Source: Craspedostauros australis (lineage: Eukaryota). Taken from it: DNA of 64,000 bases. Shown one piece after another: positions 1 through 13,680 of this stretch. The notes beneath the pieces were generated by a model. The model saw only the letters and a list, made by a program, of their open reading frames with translations. It ran no database searches and was not told where the DNA came from. The position numbers were made by a program, and so were the translations under genes. How positions within the stretch are numbered: position 1 is the stretch's first letter; each line of letters starts with the position of its first letter. The DNA is taken from positions 62,001 to 126,000 of the forward strand of contig JALAGF010001205.1 of the NCBI GenBank assembly GCA_030167865.1. The letters are read 5' to 3'.

Positions 1-157
1 CGGTGTCGTTGTTGCCGATATCCTTGTTGCTGGTTTCAGTTGTCTGCTTTAATGGACCACCACCAGCAGCTCCGTCATCGACCTTGGCATCCACAGGGTC
101 GTCGCTCTTCGTCGCTTCCTCCTTGCTGTTGCTGCCGTTCTCTGAGTCGGTGTTCAT
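1..157 (-). CDS. 5' end of a gene running off the window start (acidic, disordered N-terminus); product unknown
   Basis: ATG at 157-155 opens an uninterrupted frame MNTDSENGSNSKEEATKSDDPVDAKVDDGAAGGGPLKQTTETSNKDIGNNDT to the window edge. It is divergent from the INTS2-like gene. The + ORF 3..185 is its antisense shadow. Confidence 0.55.
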   Translation of the reverse strand, partial: MNTDSENGSNSKEEATKSDDPVDAKVDDGAAGGGPLKQTTETSNKDIGNNDT

Positions 158-390
158 GATGACAACAGTTGATCGCTTGCCCTGAATCTCACTCCCGTGG
201 ACCAGTCAATCGATCGATCTTCTGACTTTTCGATGATCAACCCTGCACACTTTTGCACTCCAACAGAGTCGTGCGAACAATCGTATTGTAACTCTGACTT
301 TGGTCTTTCTGACCCTTGCTCACTTGTTCACTCTTACGACCCTCTTTGTTGTCTCTTGGAACAAGTCTGTTCAGTTCAGTTCGATTGAAC

Positions 391-410
391 TGGATTGGAT
401 TGGATTGGAT
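391..410. repeat. (TGGAT)4 pentanucleotide microsatellite
   Basis: Read directly, in the divergent spacer between the first two genes. Confidence 0.8.
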
Positions 411-889
411 GGAACTGCGTGTGGCTGACCCAAAATGGTCCAACAATCGCGATGGCGACGTCGCCCAAACTTTTGACGAATGATCCCAACAGACATCAAC
501 CTCGCCTATTTCCCTTCGCTCGTGTAAACCCATTATTTTGTTCCTTGTGGCGATGTTTTGGCGAGGGTCGGCCGTCTCGCTATCCTCCATCATTGGCACA
601 CGAACACGATTCGATCTCGTTTCCGCGATATTTCGTTCGCATGGATCGACACTATCAGGTCGTCGTAGTCGATAAATGACTCGCACGAACACAACCCACA
701 ACCCCAAGATTCGCAAAAAGACATCACCACAGAACTGCCCAAAGACAGCTCGTGTTTTTTCGTCTGCTTCTGCGAAGATACGCTGCACCATGGCGACCAC
801 AACAACGGTTCTGTTTGGGATCGTCGGAAAGCAACATCCATCACATCAACACAGCGGAGAGGAGACAACCGAGGGATGGATTCTCGTTC

Positions 890-3800
890 ATGGACGACAT
901 CCTGGATGAGAATGTACCGATAACGCGGCGTGATCTGCTCTCCTCTATACACAATACACGTATCAACACGTACCAACACGCATCAACACGCATCGACATG
1001 CCTTCCGAACGCAAGAGCGAGATCGGGGAGGGCAGCGAGGCCACAGCCACCACATCCAGCCTGACGCTGCACGACTACTTGTCGCTGGGTGAGGTGCATC
1101 GTGGCTTGCAGGACTCCAACCACAAGGAGTCGGAGGAGATACAGAGGCTTCCATACCTCCTTCGACTCCTGTCCGCGACGCGATCGCACGACAGCGCCAC
1201 GAACGAGAACACGCACGACGGCAAGCAGCTGCTGCGGGACACTGTGGAGTCGTTGGAACAGGTCGCGGCGACGCATTCCGAGGCCGAAGCCGTGGAGGTG
1301 GTGGCATGTTACCTGGCGCCGCACGTCACGAAGAGGATATCTCGGTTACCGCGCGTCAAAGGCAAGACCAGCAAGGACAGCGCCGTTTGGTACGCATCGC
1401 AGCTCAAGGATGCTGCCAAGAATCCCGTATCGTCATCGAAGGACGCCTCGAAGGGCAAGAGCAAGCGGCAGAGGTTGGAGCAGGACGGTGGTGGCGGTGG
1501 TAGTGGTGGTGGTGGTAGTGGTGGCAGCCATGGCAAGGTTCAGTCGCATTCTACGGACGCAGGAAAGCAACCGTCGGCGGGGTCCAACGCAGGAGACAAC
1601 GACCATGGCGACTACAACGATAACGACAATGATCATGACAATGACGATGATTACGACGCATCATCGACGGGTGGTGAAAGCGATGGCGAGAATCAAGATT
1701 CGACCAACGCCGACGAGAAGGGTGCCGGATCACAAGCGGACAAAGGCAAGAGCCGCGCTCAAAAGGCATCCGCCAAGCGCAAGAGGCGTCGCTCAGAGTC
1801 CAGGACGGACAGCGGCGAAGCACAGGATTCCAAGGAGTCCATCGTCATCAAGACGCTGTCGGACCTGGCGAGCTTGGTGGCCAGTGCTCTCGCAAACGCA
1901 GACTCGATCAGCGCCCACAAGGATGGATCGTACTCGATCACGATGGAGGACTCCGTGCTTGCTGAATCATCCTCGGCTGATGCGGGCGACGGCACGGATG
2001 CTGCGTTCACCATTTCTTCGCTTCTGCATCATGCGCCCATCTTGCGGTCACGACACGTCGCTGTACGTTGCACAATCCTTCGCCAACAGAAGAATCTACT
2101 TGATGAGTGCGGTCTCGCGCGTGAACGACTGCTCATGTTATCGATATTTCATTCTGGGATTTTGAAGGAGGAGTCAATCTCTGTGGTTCACGTGTGTGTC
2201 ATATGCCATGTGCCATCCAGACTCTCACCGACCAATTTCTATTCTATTCAACGTCATCTCGTTGGATCATTCTTCCCAAATGCCTCCCCTCTCTCGCCGT
2301 TTCTCACCATATGTACATGCATCCGAAAAGATGGCGTTGTGCCGCACAGAGCTGCCTCAGATAGACCAGCTGCTCATGCAGATCGTCTCCAATTCGCCCA
2401 TTTCTATCAGTGGCATCATCTGCGGGTGCTTGGATGCGCATGCGCAGGCCAAACGTCTTCATGAAACAACGATCATGACCACCTCCAGCAACGCTCTGCG
2501 AACTATTGCCTCATTGTCGCCAACCGCCTGTTCCATGGTCCAGAATGCCGTCAACCAAACGAACGGGCGCGCCCTCCTTGCCCTGAGGCTGGAACTCTCC
2601 GCCATGAATGGCAATGCTGTCAATGTCGCAACCGCAGCCATTCACAATCTATCCAACCGTCACGACGGACAGCCCAGCAATGCGGTTGAATCAAACGATC
2701 CGTCGCCACCTGACAATCCCGAGGATCAGGATCAAGCTGTGTCAACAACTGACACCAGTGAACCGTCCATTCACAAAACACTCAGCGACAGCTCAGCTCT
2801 CGTCAAGTCCCTTCTCGCGTTGCTGCTGCAGGCGATTGCCGATGGCGTCGGGGATGGAGCGGAGATCAAAGCATCGCGCGGCGAGTTGTCGCTCCTGCTT
2901 CGAGGGTTTGGGTTGTTGCTGGTGCACGTGGGGAGCCAGCCGCTGCACGCACACAGCAGCAGCAGCAGCAACAACCGTGCGAATTACGCACCACCAATGG
3001 TTGGAATCGACTTCCTTCTCAAATTCCAAGGAATCATCGCCCACTTGACCAAATTGAACTGCGAGGCGACGCGGCTCATCGAGTTGGTGCTTGCTTGTGC
3101 CTCTCTCGCCTTTGCCGCCACCTTCTCAGCGGATTTGAAAACCAGCACCGAGAACGCCACGAGGATCATGGATGATGCATTGCAGCAACTTCACACCAAA
3201 TCGCGAGCATTGTGGATGCATTCAACTGGTGCACGATTTCTCTATTTCGGCCTGTTCCACACCAAGTACCCAGACATCAGCTTACTGGTTTTCAGGCGGT
3301 TGGTGAAAATACTGATCCCCCAACACAACGTCAGCAACACAGACGCGATGTTCGAATTATGGAAATCTGATTTCCCATCGCTGCGTCAAAATGTTGAGCA
3401 AGCAGGGCAAGATGATACCGACGGAAGTCTCCATGACTGTCTCGCATTGCAGCTGTCAATTGCACGGCGGGAACTCGAACAGCCTGCGAATGGGCAAACA
3501 GAGATGCATCAGCGTGTCTCCCCCGTGCTGAAGCATCTTCTATCATCTGCCATGACCATCGACATGTCACAAGCCGAAAAGGAATGGTTCCAACCAACGT
3601 TCGGCAGAGAAGTCACATCCTTCACTATTGAGGCAACCAACGCCCTGTTCAACGAAGAAGCGACCAAGGTCCCCATGGTGCTTCCGTTGGATGTGGACAC
3701 CTACTGGTATCACATGAATCCCTGCCAAGCCAAATCAGCCACGACGAAGGCAATGCAGATCGAGACATGCCATGCGTTGTTGCAGCTGCTCCATGCACTG

Positions 3801-5090
3801 CTGGTCCTTCGCAACCAACCGCGCTCACCATTCGCCATCGAACCTCACATGCTTCCCATCAACAGCATCGTGAACGCGTGCAAGTCGTTGCGAGGTTGCG
3901 ACGAATGGGCAATCCTCGCTGACGAAGTCTTAGGCCTCCTCGCGTCTATCTGTCCACATTCGGTGCAGCAGTATGATCGGTGGGAGCTCCTGACGCAGCA
4001 GACGTACTTTGATGCTGCTGCTGAGCTCCCGGGGGAGTTGTTGACGGCCAAGCATCTCGCATCAGCACTCAAGACTTCGCTGTCGGATGATCACGCCAGT
4101 GATATTTCCGATTCGCAACTTGAATGCATGTTCCTGAGATGCCGCATGGCTCAATCCGATCAGGCCGTGTGCGAAGCGCTCGCGAAAGTCTTCTTGGAGT
4201 ACCCGCGATCGTCTCTGCGTCACTACTCGTACTCGTTGCTGGTGAAAGATCCCATCGTGCTGCTCAAATGCTCCACCCGTATTTGGCGCCGATCCGGATT
4301 GCGCAGGCTGTGCGTGAGGGTGCTCATGATGCTCTGCGAAACGAACGAGACGCTGACGCTGCAAAAGTCGCCTTCACTCACGATCGCGCAGGAAATGATC
4401 GCCGCCAGGGATGACTTGCTGGTCCGGTGCCTGATCATCCTTCTCAGCGTTCCGCGTGACGATGGGCCTCCTATTCGATGCTCCCTGACACAGAGCTTCA
4501 TCCGATCGAAGATTGCGCAAAGACCCGGCATCGTGGCGGTCCTCGTCAAACAGGGGATGCAAGAAGACTGCGTGGATTGGATCGTCGCGCACGTGCCGGA
4601 ATCAATGCATGATCATCACGACCTAAGGATGCTGCTGTCGGATCAGAGCTCCTTGACGCCCGTTGAGAAGTTGGTTGCTGGAGATGCGGTGATGCGGATC
4701 GCCGTCGCTCACGGCGATGCCGATGACAAAGAGTCTGGCGCGCTGTGCTACGCCGCACTGTCGCAGCTGATCCAGTGCTTCTTCCTCATCCTGGGTCCCA
4801 TCGGCGTACCAGTCAACGCTCTGATTCGCGACGAAGGCGAGGATGTCACCCAAATCGCTCGCAAGGCAGCATTCCGAATCCTCCGTGCACTCCTCAAGGT
4901 GAGAGGTCCCCGCAAGCAGTTTCGCGCCGAGTGTGGCGGGCTCCTCAACAGGCTCTCGACGATGTGCAAGAGCGAGAACTTGTCCATGGGTCTTGGCGGT
5001 GCAGTGGCGGGAAGGCGCAAGATGCTCATCCGAGATCTGCACGAGGCGATCAGCCGGGCGGCATCCGCGTTGGGCCTCGTGCTTGCCTGA
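890..5090 (+). CDS. INTS2: Integrator complex subunit 2-like protein, 2 exons (890-2062, 2331-5090), ~1310 aa
   Basis: Intron 2063-2330 (GTACGT...AAAAG) joins RHVA|MALCRTELP in frame. Segments resembling INTS2 as I recall it: EIQRLPYLLRL; HVAMALC...LLMQIVSNSP; DPIVLLKCSTRIWRRSGL; MIAARDDLLVRCLI; IAQRPGIVAVLVKQG...IVAHVPESMH. The start codon is uncertain. Confidence 0.7.
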
Positions 5091-5543
5091 TCCGTGATAC
5101 TCGTACGCATGATAGAACATTTTGCGAGCACTCGGCCATGGCCTCTTCGACCATATAACCTCTCGTGATGTATGGTAGACTTGTGTCTAAGAGTTCAGTA
5201 TGATATCTACGAGTAGTTATGCCGTGTGCTTCTACTCCTATGCACTTTCGGTTTCCGCCATCATGTGTCCGCAGTCGTATTTGCCCAAGGGATGGGATAG
5301 CAGTGCGCAGCCGCTCTGTAGCGAGCATTCCAGATCTCGATCGTTCGTGTTGCATGGAGCTATTCAATGACTTCGAGCAACATGATAATGATTGAAGCAG
5401 ACACGGCAGAACTATTGAAACGAAACGCAAAAGTACTAGCGAGATGTTGGAACCCGTATCCTTTCTCTCTGTCTCTCTACTCGTCTCTTGTTCCGTAGTG
5501 GTAGTGGCAGTGAGTAGTAAAGTACTCTGGAGAGGAGAGGAGA

Positions 5544-8500
5544 CTACTTCATGTCGACAGTTCCGTACATGATGGCTCGGTCCAAGATTCGGACACGCAG
5601 CGCGATTGCGGACACCGATGCTTCATCCAAAGCCTTCCAGTGGCTTGGCAGACAGTTCTGAACGTGGCCAATGATGGGCTTGATCCAGTCTTCCGAGATG
5701 ACGTCCTCAAGCAGCACGACGCATCTCATGAGGCTCCAAGCACCGTTTGCGTCTTGCACCTCCTTCCTCCACTTGACGGCAATGTCTTCACGCCATTCTC
5801 CAGTCGGTGAGATGTCCACCGATCCGATGGGCAACGCTGCCTCAATGGCGAGAATGGCCGCCTTCATTGTGGCGAGGATCTTCTGCTCGGGTGTGGCATT
5901 GCCTTCGACGCGAGCAATCCGAGCGAAGTTTGGCAGAGGCGCTTTGCCACGTGCCCGAACACGAGCGCGCAGGTACTTCCTGGCCTCCATCTGTGAGAGC
6001 TCGGGTGGCAGTCCGTCGCGGGACGCCTTCCTCTCCTTCATCATCTCGGCTTGTACCTGCAAGTTGTTCTCGTTGGGTTCCACCAATCGAGTACCGTTGA
6101 CCCATTCATCAAACCGGCTGCTCCACCCTTCGTACCGCACACGGTACCGAATGTTCTTGGTGGAATCTTCCTCCTTCGCCACCCCGATGACCGTAGCGTT
6201 CCACAGCATCTCGCCGCAGGTGGACTCCACCAGCACTTGCTCGTTCTCTTCGAACAGCTCATCCTCCTCCTCTTCTTCCTCTTCCTCCTCATTCTCGTCT
6301 TCTTCATCGCCTTCCTCTTCTTCTTCCTGCTCCTCATCACCATCACCATCATTCTCGCCGTCACCGTCATCGCCACCGGAATCCGCGTCCATTGCATCAG
6401 TCGATTTCGCCTCAGAAGGAGCGACGGCGCCTTCGATTTCCATCGCGATATCCTCGCTGTGCGTAAGCAACGCCTTCGTGTCGTACTTGCGCTTAAGCAG
6501 CTTAGTTGACCAAGTCCCGTCGCGGATCAACTGGTACGATGGCCTGTACAACCTTTTCAGCTCGTCCACCAACGGGTCATGCCCGAGCGCGATCATGACG
6601 CTGGCGATGGATTCGGGATCCGAATACTTGTGCCATTCGTTGCATCTCTTGCCGTCGTCGTTCTCGATGCAAACAAAAAGCGAATCTGGGTCGGAGTTGA
6701 ACTTCCAGTATGATCGATCCAACGCATCCCGACCGATCTCCAGCGTCCGCGCGCACAATTTGGCCGCGTCCTGTTCTGCGCGCTCGGCGCTACGTCGCTG
6801 ATGTTGCTGAATGAGCTTGATCTTTCTGGCATTGTGACAGGCGATGGCACAACACTCGTGACCCGACAGAGACCCGGTGACAAACGGGAGGTTGGCTTCG
6901 TACCGAAAAAGAAGCTCATCTTGGAACCCGTTCGAATTTCGCGGGACGAACTGAAGACTTTCGCCCTCCTTGATCTGCTCGAACAGCTCGTCGTCCTTCT
7001 CGTCGCAGAAGAGATCGCCGTCAATCCGGATGGAAAGCTTCAAGATCTTCTTCCTCCGCTTGTTGGAGAACGACACCTGACCCTCGATTTCCTTCGAAAT
7101 GTCGGCGACCAGGTTGGTCCGTCTTGACCTCGAGGAGAACACGACGAGTTCGTCCCATTCCTTTTGGTTGGGGACGCGAACGAGGTTCGATCCCAGGGCC
7201 GTATCTGACAGACCGCAAAAGTCGCATGTCGTACCTCTGCACCGGGACGACGCAAAGCTCAATCCGACGTGCTTTGATGCCAACGATGATTCCACGACCT
7301 GCGACACCGTGTCCTGTTCGAACGATGCCACCGTGGATCGCAGTTGGTTCTTGATGCAGAAGGCTGAGAATCCATCCTCGCGAGCCTTTTGCCGCTTGGA
7401 CTTTTCTTTCAGCGCTGCTGTTCGAACTGCTCGACGTTCATCCTCTTCGCTCATCTTCGTTTCTGCTTGCACATGCGCAATCCCGCCCTTTTCGGTGGCC
7501 TTTTCGTAGTACGTACTGTCGACCACTTCGACCGCGTTCTCGGACAGTGTCATTGTGGGACCATTCTCCGCAGTTGAAGTTGGAGGCTTCTTCTCATCCT
7601 TCGTTTCGGGCTCTGCAACAGCGCCCTTGGGGATGCTCTTTCTGCGTTCCTGCTGTGGCTTCTCGCCCTTGCCTGGTTTTCCGCTATCCCCATTTACAGC
7701 ATCAATATCCATCTTGTCTCCGGATGGGCTGCTGCTGTTGCTGCTGCTGTCAGTGGCATCGTCTGCGGATTCCTTCTTTTCCCCCTCGTTCGCTGCTTCG
7801 TCCGATGTTTTGCCGTCAGAAGATTTTGTCTCTTCCTCTTTCTTCACTTCCTCGGCCTCATCGGCGAATTCTTCACCAGGGATCGGCGACACGATACTGG
7901 CAATGTCGATCGTTTTCGATTGGCTGGCGTTCCACTTTGATAGCTTTTCAGCAGACGCGCTTTCCATCTCCGTGGCAATGTTCTGAATGACGTCGCTCGA
8001 TGAGCACTTCATCGCGAGCAGGATGAGCAAGCGGATCCATTCCGACGCGTGCATCTCCGTGGGGTTGACGAGAAGAAGGGTGCTGGCTGCGGCGATCGAG
8101 TCTCGGAAGACCGAGCTCGTCAGCGCGACTTGGGCGGCAGCGTCCGACACCTTGGGATTGAGGATATGTGGGACCAGACCGCTTCGTAGGCCGCGATCCA
8201 CCCCGACACCGTACCCGCTGCTCTCTGCCACAGCTTCCAGGCATTGGATTGGAGGGACGGGTTTGCCAGACTTTTGAAGCATCTCGTCGATACGTTTCAC
8301 GGGCCAAAACTCGGTCACGTTGCACTGCGTCGCTTCGACTTCGTAGAGAAGAGATGGGGTTCCGCTTCCGGATTCTTGGTAATGCAAGAAGCAGCGCTTG
8401 ATACAGAAGTCATTCTTGACATCCTCTTCATCGTCTTTCTTGATTGCCAGTCCGACCCGAGGATCCAGGTCACCCCACCACCGTCCTTGCACGCAGCGCG

Positions 8501-11500
8501 GGCAATGCCAGTCACCCTGCGGGATATCTTCCAACGGTGGATCCAGTCTCTGGACATTGAAGTTGCCTTCGCAGCCATCACAGAGAAGGACGGTGGACTC
8601 GAGATCGCTTTCGTGCGGCTCGACGCACAGGTCATCATCCAGTTGATCCATCTGCACTCGCGAGGAGTCCGGCGCGAGTACCCAATCCAGCAGAAGACGT
8701 TCGAAGATTCGAACCATCTCACCACCTGCGCTGATGATCATCGGACCGGCATTGGCGTACGTGTGGCAGTTGGCTTCGATGAGACGTATGTTGCGGCCAA
8801 ATTCCAGCACCACATTTTCCACGAAACGGTGCTTCTCATCCTCAGAGTCGAACAGCTCGGCTTCCTTCGCTGCCTTCTTGAGCTGGACGCCGACCTCGCG
8901 CATGCACATGGGTCTCAGCAACATGTCGTAGTAGCCCGGATTGCTCTGCGGGTCCACGGGGTAGATGAACGGTTCGGCTGCCACTGTCTGGCACAACGAT
9001 CGCAGCACGGCCATGCAACGGCGAATAAGTTCGGGCGCGGTTGGGATGTCCTCGCAAAAATCGTCGTACTCGGTGGACTTTCCGATTTTCTTGGGTCCCG
9101 CGTCCTTGGGGTCTACATCGGGCTTCGTGACATCCATTGCATCGTCAGGTTTGTCGTCGTCGTCGTCGTCGTCGGTGGCTGACGTACTCTCCTTTGATTC
9201 CGATTCTGATTTTCCCTTCTCGTCGCCAGTGTTTTCAGCTTTCATTTCCTTCTTCTCCGTGCCTGGCTCTGTCTCCGTAGTATCCATGTTCTTCTTCTTC
9301 TTCTTGTCCTTTCCTTTCGCTTTTTCTGCGGTATAGTCCTCGATGTCAGCGCTGCCGCCATTAGCGGTCTCCGTCACGTCCTCCATCTTCACATCTCCAT
9401 CCTTGTCTTTGTTCGCCGATTTGCTATCATCCTTCTTCTCTTCCCCATTGATCTCGCCTTCCTTGCTCTTGGCTTCGTCGCTGTTCTTCTTCCCATTGCC
9501 TGACTTGTGCTGCTGATCCGCTTCGTCGTCATCGTCGTCGTCATCGTCGATGTCCTCGCCTGCCTCCCTGAGCTCCTGTCGCTTCATCTCTGCTTTCAGC
9601 TTCAGCGCGTCGGCCATGTAGTTTTCACGGACGCGCTTGAACTCCTTGAATGACCTGCCCGTGAGGACAAGGGACTGCAACTGTCCCATCCGGTACCTGT
9701 GATGACCCTTGGGCGAATCGACTTCGATCTCTTCGTTGGGGGATGTCTTGGCATTGTCCAGATCGATGACCGAACCGATCGTCTTTCTGGAATAGACCTC
9801 GCCAGTGGCATTGTCGAGCAGCTTGAGTATCCGTGCTTTCGATGACTTCGCAACGGATGCTTCGGAACCGCTCGCTCCTTCCAACGACTTCAGTATGTTC
9901 TTGACTTCTTTGATGTAAGCAGCGTTTTTTTCGCTGGAGTCGCTGAGGTCGCTGACTTGTTGAAGTCTCTGTAACGACGACTTCAGCAGTCGTTTCAGAG
10001 CAGCAGTGCTTCTGCCGATTTTTGGAAGCCTGGCATGGTGCAGGTAGAACGTCCAATCGCATGGATTGCACGACGGAGCCGAAGGCGTGCGAAGCACCAC
10101 GGTGATGGCCATGTTGTATGATTTGTTGTCCCCGTTCTCAGCCGTGCAAGCACCGCCGTCCCCTGGCTTCTTTGGTCCTTCTCTTGCTTCTGCTTCTGTT
10201 TCCGCTGCTGTTTGTTTCGCTTTCTTGGCTTGCTCCTTCGCGTCTTCCTTCGCTGCTTCTTTTTGCTTGTCGTTTGCAGCATCTTTTTGTTCCTTGTCTT
10301 CCTTATCATCGATGTTTTTGTGCTTCTCTTGCAGCTGATGTTGTTGCTCTTCCCCGAGTGCCTGCCGGAGGACGGCGACCGAGAATTCTTCGACCCTTCG
10401 TATTCTTCGCGCCTCCTTGGAATTGGGATGGCCCGCACTTCTGTACCCACGTAGCAAATGCGCCTGCTCCTGCCTGGTGTAGCCCAGCTCTCCGAGGGCA
10501 TCGGCAAGGAAGGCGAGGCGCGCAATCTCCTGCCATGTGTTCTCGTCAACAGGAAGTAGCATCTCGGCCTGAGATGGCTTGTCTTGCGTATCCTCTTCTT
10601 CTTCCTCCTCCGCATCATCCTCGTCCCCTTCCTTCTTCTTGGCTCCATCGACTTCGTTGAAAAATGCCGCGCCAAATTCTTTTTGCAATGCCGGACTGAG
10701 AGCGATGAGGCTGGCAAAGAGCGTCCTCGTCACTCCCGACGCGAGCGGTCTGCACAAAGCGACGGCAAGATCTGTTGCGCATGAAATTGCCTTCGTCTTG
10801 GACATTGCCGACGACTTGTCATCAACACCGCTGAGGACGTCCAGCATGGACTGGAGGGAATCGAGGCTGGGCAACGCGGAGATGTATTCACGTTCCTTGA
10901 AGAAGTTCCCGAACGTCGTGATGAGATCCCAAATTCGTAAGATGTCCTCGTTGTAAGTCTTGGAGAGTGGCGGTAGATCCCCAGCGAAGGATGGACCTCG
11001 TGACTTGATCTTCAATTCAGATGTGTTGTAGCCAGCCATGAGCTCTGCGGACTTTCGCCGTCGATTGAATTCCTTGGAGAGACTCTTTGCCAGCAGCGCC
11101 ACGACCTTCTCACGTTGGAAACACGCCTCGCGAAACAGACGTTCATCGACTTGCACCTTGAGCCTGTGCATGCGCTCCTCAGCTCGTGCTCGCTTCTTCT
11201 GATCCTCTTCCTCCATGCGCTGCCGCTTGCGTTCGTCGCGCTCGTTTTCTCGTCGTTTGCGCTTTAGTTCGCGTTCGCGTTCTTGGTCCGCCTTCGCCTT
11301 GGCCTCCTTGATGGCCTTGAGCTGACGTTCACGCTCCCGTTCCTGCTTCAGCTTGGCCTCGTGGATGAAGGTGCGATTGACTGCCGCTGCGCCACTTATC
11401 CTCGCGGCCTGGAACACGTACGTTCCGCAATACTCGCTACCAGGGAGACCTTCCACAAGCGCATCCACATCCTCGTGGAAAAACGTGTCGTTGCGTTCCA

Positions 11501-13680
11501 GCAGATCGGTCGCAGCAACAACCTTCCTCTTGTTGCCCGTGCTTCCCATCTTCGTTTTCTCCTTGCGAACAGCAATCCCCAGCCATGTGGTTTGGTGTGA
11601 TCTACTGACATCCGAATCGATGAATGGGTTGCACAGGTACGGGCTGACGAGGCTTTGTCGTTTCGCCGCAAGGCCTAACGTCACTTCCCGACCCGCACAC
11701 TCGAGCTCACGAAGCTCGGCTTTCAGTTTCTCCACCTGCTCTCTCAGTGCCTTCTCCTTGGACGCGTCAGAACCATTCTCTCCCTTTCCGGCATCTCCCG
11801 AACCATCCTCCGTTGACTTGACGGATGAATTGTCGTCTGCTTGGAAGGACTTTCGGCGGCCACGTTCGCGGTTCAAGTGGAATGCATCCACCTTGTCCTT
11901 GGCATCGGCAAGGCTTTGGGCTCGCGACGCTTGCAAAGCATCCATGGCCATTGACACCATGACATCGTCCACGAGTCCCAGATACAGGAGCATGTTGCTC
12001 CACGCCTGTATGGGCGTGCCGCCAATCACGGACGTCACCTTCTTGCCATTTAGCTGCTGTAATCGGACGCTGCCGTGTTCATCCGTCTCATCCCCGGCGC
12101 CTATCGCGACACGCATGCATGGGGTTGAACGAAACGCAAGGTGGGGTCCGACATTTTCCAGCAGGGTAAGGCATGGCAAAGCATGGTAGATCACAGCAGA
12201 GAAGGGAGGCGTTAGTTGCGCTTATGCGTGCAGGTGCACAAAGTGCATACGTGGATGCGAAATAGGAGCAGGCTGGCGGAGCACGCGTGGCGAATGAAAA
12301 TAGCGCATTTCAAAGGGAAGCAACCAAGCAAGCAGAAATGATATCGATGCGGAACAAATGCAAGATGCTACAGCACAGGAGTATCATACTCGAAGCAGTA
12401 TGTGCGGATATGGTACAAGCACGCAGAATAGTAAACTCACCTGGCATTACCAAGCTGATGTCCGGATCGGGCAAAGTCGCTTGCTCTTGCGATCCGTCGT
12501 CGTACTGGATGACGATCTGCATGGATTTGGCAGTGGCGCTGCTGCTCTTTTTCTTGTCGCTGTCGGAAGTTTTGAGGATGGAGACGATCGCGCCATAAAA
12601 GTATTGATCCTTCTCGAATCGCGTCTTGACTCTCATTCCGACAGTTGGCAGTCGCTTCGATGGTTTGCTGGATGATGCTGCTGCTGATGATGACGACGAC
12701 GTTGGTGTGGGAGCCAGCGCGACGGTGTCCACGGTTCCCGCGGTCATGATGGGTGATGAATCCACGAAGGGATTGTACGGGAATTCCACGCTATCCTCGC
12801 TGGCGTCCACGCCAGGTCCCCACATGATTCGGAAGATCGGACCGGTCGGTATGTTCGGTGCCTTGTCCCCGAATATCGTCTTGTTGGACTGGCTGATGCG
12901 GGTGCCGTCCAGGATGGTGCATCGCACCTTGATGTTGCGGCCATGCGCCGGACAGAATTCTATCCGGTCGCAGGAAAAGCCGACGGGGTAAAGCGCGTTG
13001 GAGGTTGAGAACTTGGCTTTATCGTCTGGCTCTAGCTGCAGCTGTCCCATGGATCGCACTTTGAAGGTGTCTTTGATGTTGAGCGGTAGGCGAGTCACCT
13101 TTTGCGTGAGTGCCTGCCGCGCTTTGACAGCGGATTCCACACGACCCTTCGACACGCGGATGAAGTGCATGTCTGTCCCGCTTGAAGTGGCTGAGGCCGG
13201 CTTTGGCTTCTTTTTGACAGCCTTTTTCTTCGCCTTGAATGTGCTGCTGCCTGATTTTGAAGATGATGATGAGGAAGCCGCGGATGATTTGGACACAGTT
13301 CCGTTGGACCGTGGCATATCAGCTTTGGCGGACGCCGTTTTCTTCGACTTTTTGGCAGGTCCGGATTTGGAGGATGACGCAACTGAATTGGCCATTGCGT
13401 CGTCCTCGTCCTCGTCATCAATCGCTTCCGCAACACTGACAACATCTTCTGCATCGTCGTCGTCGTCGTCGTCGCCGGTACTGTCTATTCCGCCTATGCT
13501 GTGACCATTGGCAATTTCAATATCATCATCCTCATCCCCGTCGTCGTCCACCACAGTGGCCACGACGTCGGCAATATCAGCAACGTCTGCTTCGCTCATC
13601 GCACTGTCGTCGGCGTCAGAATCCATCGGTTCCGAAACGACCTCCATGATATCACCATCGTCTCCTGCGATACTGGGCAT
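5544..13680 (-). CDS. Large BAZ/MBD9-like chromatin protein (FYRN, Tudor, FYRC, coiled coil, DDT, bromodomain, PHD, WHIM, Tudor-knot), 2 exons (13680-12441, 12100-5544), ~2598 aa
   Basis: Intron 12440-12101 (GTGAGT...GATAG) joins MPG|AGDET in frame. FYRN: LYPVGFSCDR...VRCTILDG. Tudor: VGMRVKTRF..YFYGAIV..IVIQYDDG. FYRC: TPIQAW...LVEGLPGSEYCGTYVF. DDT: ILRIWDLITTFG. Bromodomain: AEPFIYPVDP..PGYYDMLLRPM. PHD: LLCDGC..LDPPLEDIPQGDWHCPRC. WHIM: IGRDALDRSYWKF. Tudor-knot: YRVRYEGWSSRFDEWV. Confidence 0.8.

Noticed and set aside
2063-2330. Possibility that the similarly sized introns are an introner (mobile intron) family or host snoRNAs
   Set aside because: I saw no shared sequence among the 12 introns beyond splice signals, no terminal inverted or direct repeats, and no convincing C/D or H/ACA box arrangement.
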